NCBI GenBank assembly: GCA_965287045.1
Contig: OZ336874.1
Coordinates: forward strand, 78,802,001-78,866,000
Length of the DNA: 64,000 nucleotides
DNA from: Carcharhinus amblyrhynchos
Lineage: Eukaryota
Direction: 5' to 3'
The notes under the pieces were generated by a model. That model saw only the letters and a program-made list of their open reading frames with translations, had not been told where the DNA came from and made no database searches. Positions 25,101 to 37,100 of this stretch are shown in pieces. Position 1 is the stretch's first letter, and each line of letters begins with the position of its first letter. The position numbers and the translations under genes were made by a program.

Positions 25101-28100
25101 TTTGTTTGTGTCTTTTTCGGCATTGCTCATCTTTGTATCTCTTCAAAATATCTTCATGGGTCTGAGCAGACACTCCTTGTCCTCAGTGAAAGAGGTCGGT
25201 GTCTGAGCTGGCACAGAGCTGGCCAAGGTGGCAGTGTTCCAGCCGCAATTCTTGCTGACTCCCAGTATCAAACACTGAGTGTGATCAACCATTCTCTCTC
25301 ATCCCTGTCTCTCGCTCTCTTTCTCTCTCTCTTTCTCTTTTTCTCTCTCCCTCTCTCTGTCTCTCCTCGCCAGCTCACAACAAGGCCAACTAATTCTGGG
25401 GGATGTGAGTGAAGCTGCAGCAGACTCAAAATGAACTTTCCCCAAGACAAGCCTCCCGTGGGTTGGCTCCTGATGATTTTGTCTGTGTGGAGAGCAAGAA
25501 ACTAACAATACTGAAGCCAATCTCACATAACACATGTTTTACGAGTAATAGCAATAAAGTCCTCGGGACAGTCACTCATCTGTGATCTCAGCCGTGGAAC
25601 AGTTTGTGGTAAATAATAAATGAGGAGGAAAAGCGGTGTAATGTGTGTTCGACAAACTGATTATGGCTTTTAACAAATGTAATAAGGTGTCTTATGTCAC
25701 AACCCATGACCTAGTAATCAATTGTTCCAGACTTGGAAAACAATAAAAGGAGGAGGGGATAATGGACTGGATTTTCCGCTTTGAGGTGGGAAGCAGAAGC
25801 CTGGTAATTTTCAGCCAGCTTGATCCCACCTCTCATCTGACAATGCCCACCCATGTTATTTTCATAGTGGGGTGGTAGGAACAGGCTGAAGTCAGGACTA
25901 TCCAAATTGAAGCTATAACCCCTATGTGCCATATCTTCCATCTCATAACGCTTTCAACCTGTGCCCAGTATGCCCTAGGTACTGAATTCATTAACCCAAT
26001 AATAACTTTGGGAAGCTTTGAGATGCTCATGAAAATTTAAAATAAACACAGACATTCAAAAACCACAAAGAAAAACATCAGATGGGATTTTCTAGCCCTT
26101 AGGTCTGGCAGAATCTACTGATCCCACTGAAGGTCACCCCTGTCCACCCATGAGGAGTTCCACAATGAGACAGCTTATGAGCAACACAAATGGCCATTGA
26201 CTTCAGTGGGACTGGGAAATTCTGGCAGTGGTCAATGTCAAGCAGCTGCAGCAGGGCTGGAAAATTCCAGCTGTTCAATTTTTCAGAGCTCATAAAACTC
26301 AATACAAATAAACTTACAGTCCAGGACAACTGAGTCACCATTCTCTACTGAGCTTAATGAATTAGTTTGCTCTCTTCAAGTGTCTCATCAGTTATAAAAT
26401 CAAATGTCAGCCCATCATTCATAATGAGATTTCATTGCACAACTGTGTCAACAAAACAACTGGAGCTGAATACATTTTAGCCTTTGAAGTCATTCAGAGA
26501 GCTCAGCCATCTGTTCAGAATTTAAAGTAGTGGAATAGAGTTATGAGCTGTTATTCATTCGGCGAAAAAATACACAAGAGATCCAGTCAAATCTGAATTC
26601 AACACTATTCAATGAAAAAGCAATGTAGTCCGATGGCAGACAAATTTTAATGTCACTGAAGATTTTTCCACTTTGACAATGTTAGTCAATTTAATAATCA
26701 CTTACCTTCTCAGAACAGAGACCTACCATCAATCACTATATTAAAAACATATTTAACTTATCATACAGTATCGCATTATGACATGTGAAGTTAGCAACAA
26801 CTTTTGAACCGACCTGTCAGAATTTCCCAACTTCAGAGCAGGGCTCACCCATGGTTTGTGGCAGCTCTGAGACAGTGTGAAACCCATCTCCTTCAAAATC
26901 CGGCCTGATGCCATGAAATGCCCAATCCGGCCTGAAATGCCCAATTCCTCGTTAGAATCGACAACATCAGGATAATTGGGTGTGGGCTTGCAACCTTCAT
27001 CCTTATTCTGTTTGCTGCAAAATTGCTGGTGAGGAGAATAGGGAAGAGAATCCAGGAAACGGGTCCCACCTGGCATTTTTAAGTTCTGCCCAATGTGGGT
27101 TGGCCCCTCAACCAGAAGGGAAAATCCAGCCCAAGAAGCTTTCCATTAAAAATACAAAATGTTTGCTTAGGTTATTTCATGCATTTAGTTTTCAGGTGAA
27201 TATAATTTTTCAAAGATTTTCTGTACGCAAAACAGAGATGCAAACTCCTGATTAAAATTATTGTGAATTCTGGCCTTGATTCCAGATGGAGCAGCTGAAG
27301 AAGCAGGACTGCAGATTGGTGACATTGTATTGGCTGTTAATGGAACTGATGTGACAAGCATACCTCACTCTGAGGCAGCCACCCTTGCTCGGCAAGGTAG
27401 GGGGAATCATAATGAGCTTCAAGCAAAATGTTTGCTTGATTTTGTAGCTTAATCTTTTTGTAGTTATAACACATTCTGATTAATTATTTGCAGCATACCC
27501 ATTAATGTGGTTAATTATTAACTGTCCTGTGAAATGGTGCGGCAAACCATTCAGTCCAAGGCCAATTAGGGGTGCACAGCACAGCTTTTTCAGTGATACC
27601 CATGTCACATGAAAGAATATAAACTGAATGCAGGCAAGGTGGCAGGGGGGGGGGGTGCTCTCAATCCTGTTGGGAGCCCCACAATCAATGAGCGCTCAGC
27701 CCATCATCTCCTTTCAAGAGGGTTCACTGAATTAAGTGTGAATCAGGGCGATGACCTGATCGGGAGGTGTTGGAAAAAGGCGGGGGACAACGCTCAGGAA
27801 ACACCCACCCTCTTGACGCCAGGTCCCATGATTTAGTGCTGAGCGCTTGATAACAAAGGATTCTTGCAACTCCAATTTCCACCCCACCCCCACTATACCT
27901 CAATCATCTGCAGCCTGGGTCCCTTGACAAACTTAGTACTCCAGTGAGTGCATTACCAGCAGAAGCCATAGCTGTTTGTTCTGGTGAGATGATGGCAGTG
28001 CTTGGAGAAGCAGGTGGGTGGTGGAGGATGGTGGGGGGTGTGGTGGTTGGCAAGATTTCCAATTCTGGGCCCAGCAAAAGCCCACCACTGGCCATTTAGG

Positions 28101-31100
28101 TGCAAGAGCAGCACTGCATAAGGCAGGCCTCCCTCAAAGGAAGCAATGCAGGGCTCCCACCAGTTCTCCAGCTGATGGATGAGAGCCGCATTGCCTAGAA
28201 TAAATCCCACCATACATTCTGCACCCTACCAAATGGAGGAAAGTGGTGCCTCCATTGCTTTAAAGGATGAAAAAAGAGCATATCCTGGTTCCGTTCTCTT
28301 CTCTTCCTCATAATTGTACAACGATTATACTGATTGTACAATTCAAAGTACTTCTTACGAAAGAATTTTAAAAAATGAATAAAATGAAGTGACTTAGTAG
28401 ACTGGTTTTTATGAATCAAAATAGAAAGCAATGAAATAATATCAGATAATTAAATTTCATTTTTGTATTTCCAGGTCCAGACATTTTGACGCTGGTAGTA
28501 GGGTCAAACATCAGTCGATATCCAAACACCCCAAGGCCAGCATGCCGTGGCTATCTGCATAAACGTACTCAATCTGGATTTCTAAAGGGTTGGAGAAAGA
28601 GATGGTTTGTTTTAAAGCACAATGGCTTATTCTACTATTACAAGAACAAAAAGGTGCGAAGAAATTATGAAGCTTTCAAATGTACGACAATCTTATTAAC
28701 TATGAATGTGAATCATCCAGCATCAGAAAAGAGAATGAATAGAAGGTGGCACAGTGGTTAGCACTGCTGCTTCACAGCACCAGGGACCCGGTTTCAATTC
28801 CTGGCTTGGGTCATTGTGTGGAGTTTGCAAATGTCTGCATGGGTTTCTTTCAGGCGCTCCGGTTTCCTCCCACAGTCCAAAGATGTGCAGATAGCTGGAT
28901 TGGTCATGCTGAATTGCCCCTTAATGTCAGCAGGACTAGCTAGGGTAAATGCACAAGGTTATGGGGATAGGGCCTGGGTGGGATTGTGGTCAGTGCAGAC
29001 TTGATGGGCCAAATGGCCTTCTTCTGCATTGTAGGATTCTATGATTCAATGGGAACAACACATTTCTACAGTACCTTTGACTGAGCAACTTGTCCCAATG
29101 CTGTGAATGGTTGAAGTCATATGTAGGAGGGAAGATAGCTGGAAGCACAGTTAAAAAAATACCTTGGCGTTAAAAAAAATAGTCTTGGTGATGGACTCAA
29201 AGGTTTGAAATGTGTAGGGTAACAAAGTTGTTTCACACAGTCAGAAGGAGGGATGTGATTGGGGGCTAAGGCACAAAGCACCTGACCTGGATTGAAAAAT
29301 CTGTCTCATCTTTGAACACATTGAATACCCAGACTCTACAGCCCTCTTGTCGTTTCGAATTCCACAGATTCATTATCTTCTGAGAGAAGGAATTCCTCCT
29401 CCACTCTCTTATAAACGTGTGATCCCTTACTCTGAGATTGTGCTCTCTGGTCCTAGACTCTCCAAAAGGAGAAACAATCTCTCAGCATCTACCCTGTCGA
29501 GCCCTCTAGGAAACCTGTATGTCCCAACAAGGTCACCTCTCATTCTTCTAAACTCTTAACCTCTCCTCAGAAGAAAGTTTTATCATATTTCATTTTCAAC
29601 CTCTTCGGACTTTGCTAGACTGCCTCCAATGCCAGTTTATCTTTCTTTAGATAAGGGGACCAAAACTGTTCACAGTATTCCAGGTGTGGTCTAACTAGTA
29701 CTGTTACATTGAGCAAAACTTCCCTATTTTTATGCTCCATTCCCTTTGAAATAAAGGCCAATATTTCATCTGCTTTTCTTGTTGCCTGCTGAACTTGCAT
29801 GCTAGCTATTTTGTGATTTATGCTCGAGAATCCCCCAATTTCTCTGTACGGAAGCTTTCTGCAGTCTTTCTTCATTTAAATAATATTCAACTCCTTTATT
29901 TTTCCTACCAAAATGCATAACTTCACATTTTCCTACATTTGTATTCCATCTGTCAAGTTTTCTCCCACTCACTTAACCTGTCTATATCCTTCTGTAGACT
30001 CTTCGTGTCATCCTGAGCACTTGCCTTCCCACCTATTTTCATGTCATCCACACTTCCCTCATCTAAGTCATTAATATATATTGTAAATAATTGTGGCCTT
30101 GGGATTGGTCCCTGTGGCACTCAACTATTTACAGGTTGCTATCCTGAAAATACCCTTCTTATCCTAACTCTAGTCCTCTGTCCATGTTAATATACCACCC
30201 CCAACACCATGGACTCTTACTAAGTAGCTTTTTGTGCAGGCACATAACAGTAACAGAATGGTCAGAGTAGTAAGGTGAGTGTTATCTGTGAACATTAGGA
30301 AAACTCAACCTGTGCCTACACATGATATCTGCAAAGAGTAGCATATAGATGAGGAAGAGAATACAGGAAGTACAAAACTTTAGGGATCACTTGAAGTAGC
30401 CATCTAAACACATGATAAGAAGCCACTGCAGAAACTGGTCAGTGCACTGGGAAAAGTAGAAATGAAACCCATTCAGTGCAGTGCTCCAGAGGTAAACGGC
30501 AGAGCAAATACACTGGAGGCAGATAGTCTGGTCAACGATGTCAAAAACAACAGAGAAGTCAAGAGACTATGCAGCTGTACAAAGCTGAACTCATCCCATG
30601 CATCACTGACAGAACCAACACATAATACCCCTTTCTCTATCATTGACAGGTATGGGCTCACGTCAAGCACACAGCCCTCCCCAGTCACTAACAGGAACTG
30701 GACATCTACCCACCATATTCTGTCACATACCTCCACCCTATCATTGAGGAGAACTGATCCACCAACACCCTAATCCTGTTACTGACAGCAACTGATATAC
30801 ACACCAGCCATCACTGACAGAACTGACCCACACACATTACTCCATCATCATCACTGTAATTTGGATATACATGCAAATTTGTTCAATCCTTCTGGAACTC
30901 ACCAAGTTACCACTAATTCAGAGAGAGATTTACTTTGTATTACTAAGCTATTTTATTTCACTGTAAGATGAATGTACAGGATAACAGTTATGTTTTACAC
31001 AGTTGTGCTGTACAACATCCAAGACTTTCCTGAGGCTTTGGCCTTCTTGCGCATGTCATCTTGCAGCTTTACAAGTCTGTAAGTCCGAAGTGGACAACCA

Positions 31101-34100
31101 AGTCATAGCACTATGTGTTTTTGGGTGTATTGCCTTAAATCTTGCAGCAAATGTTCATAGGTCACATTCATTCAAAATGTACAGAACAGTTTGAGCTGGA
31201 TGGCCACATTCACAAACTGGGCAGTCCATGAAATTCCATTTGTGGAGGAGGTGTGATGTCTTTGTGTGGAGTATGGATCCTGCTGAATGTTCAAAACTGA
31301 GGGAGAATGTTCAAAGCTCTCAGCTCCAGTGTCAGATCACTCAATAGATCCTTATTGGGGATATTGGTGGTAGCAGAGATTGCACCATTTACCATTTTTG
31401 CTCAAAGCATTCAGAGTTCTCAAAAGGTTTGCGTATTGGAGTTGTATATTTGGCACGTTCTGAATGGCAGTTCTGCGTTGGCTTCAAAATGGTCAAACTC
31501 TTTCAGCACTTTTGCCTTCTAGCTCACACCAGAAGGTGGGATACTAGGCAGGATCGGGCATCATTGCATAGGTTTTGATTTGAGTGCTCAAAACTGAAAA
31601 TCTATAGTTCCAACCATTTGCCTGTAATCTAAGCATAAACTACAATGGCTTTGCTTAAACATATTCCATCAGCCAGTCTCTTCTGCTGCAAGGAAATGTT
31701 ATCCACACAATCTGGGTCAAGGAGTGAACACATTGCAATGTTTCCAGTGACAAAGGGAGCAGGGAGCATGTTTAACTCACCCACTGACTGGAACAGTTTG
31801 TAGTAATTACAGTATAGAGCAGCAGCCCAGATTGCCACTAATTCCATTTTCTATGCACCACCTACCCTGAGACCTCAACCGTGACTTGATCACCAAACAG
31901 GAGCACAATTAACACCTCTTCATTTTCAAAGTACTCAGGTGAAATCTTGATCTATTAGATTTGGATTTAATCTTACTTCAACAATATTTTTATGTGTAGG
32001 ATGAAGGGAAGTGCCAGCCACTTGATGTGATGAAGTTGGAAGGGGCTGAAGTTGCACCTGACACCAGCCTGGGAAAACCTTTTGTCTTTAAATGTACTCT
32101 ACAGTCGAGAAACCGAATGTTCTACTTCTGTTCAACTTCAAATCAGGATATGAAAAGGTAAAGGGTTATTTAATTCTACTTTGTATCGAATAGAGAGCGC
32201 AGAATGAATTTTGTTTACTTTGATTTCTATTCTTAATCACTAAAACACACAAGCCCCAAAATCATCCAGTTGACCTGGATCTTGGGGTCAGTGGTGAGGG
32301 AGAGGGGTACATCGCTGATCTTCCCATAGGCTACAGCAGCAGCTCGTTCCTCAGCTACAACAATAACAAACAGAAGCCTATATGTGTATTCCTGGCAAAG
32401 CCATACCTTCTCGAATGTCATGAGCCGAATACAGGCCCCCTTGAGGTTTCTCTCCAGCTCAGTGACAGATGAGAGTTTTTTTAATGATCTTGTACTCTTC
32501 ATTGCAGTTCCATCCCCACCCCCTTTCTCTCTCTCCCTCCCTCCCTCCCTCCCTCCCACCTGTGCCACTGACACCCTGAGCCCCCACCTCTCTCTGGCAC
32601 TTCAGGCTAGAAGCAGCCTGAAACAAATCAATGTAAAATCTGTGGTGTAAATGCTTTAACTATCAGGCTAAATTTTCATGTTGACAGACCCTGGCAAAAC
32701 CATCAGTTTTGGAGTCAGTTGTCACTATTGGCACCACAAGATCCTGACCAGTGTGGTTCTAGCACGCAACACTTAAAGAACAAACTTGTATTCATGGCAT
32801 TGATTTCAAAACCTCAGATCATCTCAAGTAAAATATCTCTGAAGTGTTGTTAGTATCGTGATGTTGGGAAACGAGCAGTCAACTTTCCTACAAGTTTTAA
32901 TTAACAGCAATGAAGTAAATGACAAAATAGGCTGTCTTTAGTGATGTTGATTGAGGAAACAACGTTAGCCTGGATACTGGATGAACTCCCCTACTTTTCT
33001 CTATTATTGAAATTGGATCTTTTATATTGACCTGGGTTTAGCAACAAAGCACAGATCTCCTGGCATTACATTGGATTTTCATTCTAAACAATGTGCACAG
33101 GTCTCTGAAATAGGCCTTGACCTCCTATGTTTCAGATTCCCTGGACAAAAGTGGCATCATTAAGCCAAGGGTGACACCTGATGCACTCACCTGCAAATGC
33201 TCCATTGTTATTTTCGATACAGGCAATCGCCCATTTAAAACTACTGGCGAACTGGACCACGTTTCGTCACACCTTTGAGATAGAATCACTGAATGATGTT
33301 TGGTTTCCTTCTAAACCAGGCAGCTCAATTTGTCTGGGGCTTCCAATCCGGTTTGGTTTCTGTACCAGATGCACATACCCATCGGGGAGAAAAAAGTGAA
33401 ATGTAATATTGTAATTTCCAGAACATTGAAAATATAGAAATTTATTAAGTGAAATACTTGTTAAATGAATTTGTTTCCTATTTGTTGCAGGTGGTTAGAA
33501 GCAATGGAACGGGCTGTACATCCTGTTCATCAGGTACATGGCAGCCAAATTACAGCAGTAACATTGTTTTCTCCTTTTCAATTACCTGACAAATCATCTG
33601 AGTGAGAATCTTTTAATACATTTTGTTCTTTAAGCTAATTGCTCTGTCCTTGGTAAATGTGTCTCTGGAACTTTTACACATTTCCCTGTTACAATATGCT
33701 GAGCCCCATTTCTTTTTTAATTTGAAGGTAAACTTTTTAGGTGCCCAACTGATTCTGAGCTGGATCTCTAGATGTGGAGATGCTGGCATTGGTCTGGGGT
33801 AAACACAGTAATAAGTCTCACAACACCAGGTTAAAGTCCAACAGGTTTGTTATTACCAAATAAACCTGTTGGACTTTAACCTGGTGTTGTGAGACTTCTT
33901 ACTGGATCTCTAGCTCAGAAGCACATTGAAAAAGTTGCAAATGAGTTCAAGACTTGCCAGGGCCAGGACTTACACAGATATTTCTCAGATGGCCTATTGA
34001 TTGTATAGACTTCACTGGCCTACATCAACACAGACAAGGGTGACACAGAGCAGAGGTTGCTACACTGGGAGTGTTTGCATCCCCAGCCTTTAGGGAATTC

Positions 34101-37100
34101 CACCTGGCCTCCCAGGAAGAAATGTCATTTAAAAATATAAAGCAGATGTACTTCCATAGGAATGGAGCCACTGGGAAGTTCTCTCTATAACGAGCTTAAC
34201 ATTCTCTCTATAACGAGTTTCTCCATAAACAGCAATAAGCACTGGACTTCCTGACCTCTGGCAGGCATTCCAGTAACACCCCTAGTAGCGGTTTCCTGCC
34301 AACTAGATAGAAAGTGATGGACTCATCTTGATGCCATGATGCATCCCATGCATTGTTGGCCCCTTCTGTTTTTCATCTCTGCCTCTCTCAAATTCTCATG
34401 TACAAGATCCCAGTCTTCCAGGAATGCCACTTAAAAGACATAGCACACCAATGTGATGACGCTCCTTCTCCATCCATTGGAAAGCATCTGGACTCCACAA
34501 ATGCATTACTGTTGCAGTGGCAATTCAGAACTCAACTATTTGGGGGTTGGGGAGAGATTATATTTATTTCCTCATTCTTGGCACCATGAGCTTCAACCAT
34601 CAGTACTGCTATGTAAAGTTTTAACTACACCTTTATTTTTAATCTATTGCTCATGTTGGTGCTGCAAGTATCAAAGTTTAATCCCTTAAACTACTGGAAC
34701 GAAAATAATATTTTGACAAGTACTCCTTTTTAATTTTGTTCCAGTAAAATACCACAAAACATATTAGTGAAACCTTTTACACAACTTTGTTGTGCTACAG
34801 AAAGCCTAAATATCTTGTAATTCTGGAGAAGTTCTCTTGAGCTCTTGCCACAAGTTGGCGAGGCTTGATGGAATTGTCAGGAAAAGGCTCAATCAAACAT
34901 TTAGTGTGCACAGCTTATGTTTGGGATACTTGTCCATTCTGGGTATTTTTCCATACAACAGCTAATGCCACATATTTAGATTTACTGCAATTTGCCTGTG
35001 TAGTCAGGGGACAGTAAAACCATCTGAATGAAGCTGCTCAAAGTCTCCATTTTCCAACTGCCCCTCGTGTTGTTAATAATATAAAGTTTCCTTCAGTTCA
35101 TCACACTGTGCATTGGGAGACACCCCAGTAGTTCTCTCCATAATGATTTTCAGCTATAGGCTGCAATAAAAGCCAAGAATATAAACTGCAAATCAAAAAT
35201 TAAGACAGATTCATACATGGGCAGCTTCAGCCAGTATGTACTGAACTGCATAAAATAGCCAGCATGATTGATATGTTGATGCCTACAGGGATAACAAATA
35301 GTTCATGTCACTGCCTATTTTCCTGATATAGATGACTGTCCAGAGTGGATTCAGATTGCCGATTCCAGCTGGGTAAATTCCTAGAGGTTTCGTCACATGA
35401 TCTTTTGTCAAAAACTGTCCCACCCTCCAGTCTACCACTGGACTATCCTTCCTGCACATTGCCTTTCCATGCCAATTGGAAACCAAACAGACTGTGTTAG
35501 TTGATTAAGTGATGAATCATGCCTTTTCCCCATCTTTAGTAATTTTATCATTAATTAGTGAAAGTGTTCAAAGGAAAGGCAAAAATTACAACTGTTTTTG
35601 TTACCATTTTATATTTTCTCCCATGTTGCTCACACCATTGTTCTTGATGAATTTACAATTCCTGGCAATGCCAGGACAAACATGGAGGGTTAACAACACT
35701 TTTCGTGTTGTGGCAAGAGGTGAGAATTGTAACATTAATGCATACCAATGTGTTAACAAGGCGATCCCTTCATTTACAGAATCATGTCTGGGTAGATGTG
35801 ACCCATCACAATGCCAACCTTCCACCATTGGCCATCAAGAGTCCAGAATGTCTCGGCCTCCTTCATCAGCTGGGTCGGAATAAGGATATAGGGACTCAGC
35901 ATTACTGCGTGCTGAAGGATGCCTGTATTTATTTCTATGCAGGGATTCGCTCTACACACGCACAGGGTGAGTAACGCTTGGAATGTAAATGATACATGAA
36001 AACTATTAAGCAATAGTTAATTTTAAACAGTGAGATATCATGCACTTGTAAACAGAAACTAATCTTAAAATGGTGAGAAGTGAACAAATGGATCAGATCT
36101 CCATAGTTGTATCTTCATTAGTCTGGCCTTTAGATAATCCCCAATCTGTTCAGATTCTTCATATCCGCTAAACCTACATCACTGCACTTGTTACCAATGC
36201 ATAGTTAACGGGAGCTTAAAAGCCAGGGTAGGCCATTGTTATAGACAGGAGTGGGGTTCAATTTAAAACAGCCCTGATTTCTCCTCTCACCATCCATCTA
36301 TAAACAGGATTTCCCCATTTGTAAGTGGTGAGGTATTTTCCCCAGCTCTTCAGTTTTGGAGTGATGAAATGCCCCGTGAATAAACCGGCAGCAAATTTGA
36401 GATGAGGGTTAGTTTATTTGACACACTCAAAACATGAGAAGAGGATTTGTGCCACCCTTTCCTTTTTCCATTCATACAATAAAGAGGGATAAGGGAAAGA
36501 AAGAGATACAGGACAATGTACACAGATAAAATAAGAATTATTGTTTCATATGGCTAATGTTACGCCGTTGTTTAAGAAGGGTGGCAGGCAAAAGGCAGGG
36601 AATTTTAGGCCGGTTAGTTTAACGTCTGTTGTAGGTAAAATGTTAGAATCCATCATCAAGGAGGAAATAGCGAGGCATCTTGAGAGGAATTGCTTGATAG
36701 AGCAGACGCAGCACGGTTTCGTTAAAGGGAAGTCGTGTCTGACAAATTTACTGGAGTTCTATGAGGATGTGTCTAGGGCGGTGGATAGAGGAGAGCCGGT
36801 GGATGTGGTCTTTCTGGATTTTCAGAAGGCGTTTGACAAGGTACCTCACAGGAGGTTATTGCAGAAGGTCAGGGGACAGGGAGTTGGGGGTAGGGTGTTA
36901 GCGTGGATAGAGGATTGGTTGTCAAATAGGAGGCAGAGAGTGGGGGTCAATGGGTGCTATTCAGATTGGCAGATGGTGACTAGTGGAGTGCCTCAGGGGT
37001 CAGTGCTGGGGCCTCAGCTATTTACCATTTATATAGATGATCTGGAGGAGGGAACCGAGGGTATGGTGTCGAAATTTGCTGATGACACCAAGATTGGAGG

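Noticed and set aside
30600-30855. CRISPR-like repeat-spacer appearance
   Set aside because: Units are degenerate, spacers resemble each other, the context is vertebrate and there are no cas genes; this is a minisatellite.
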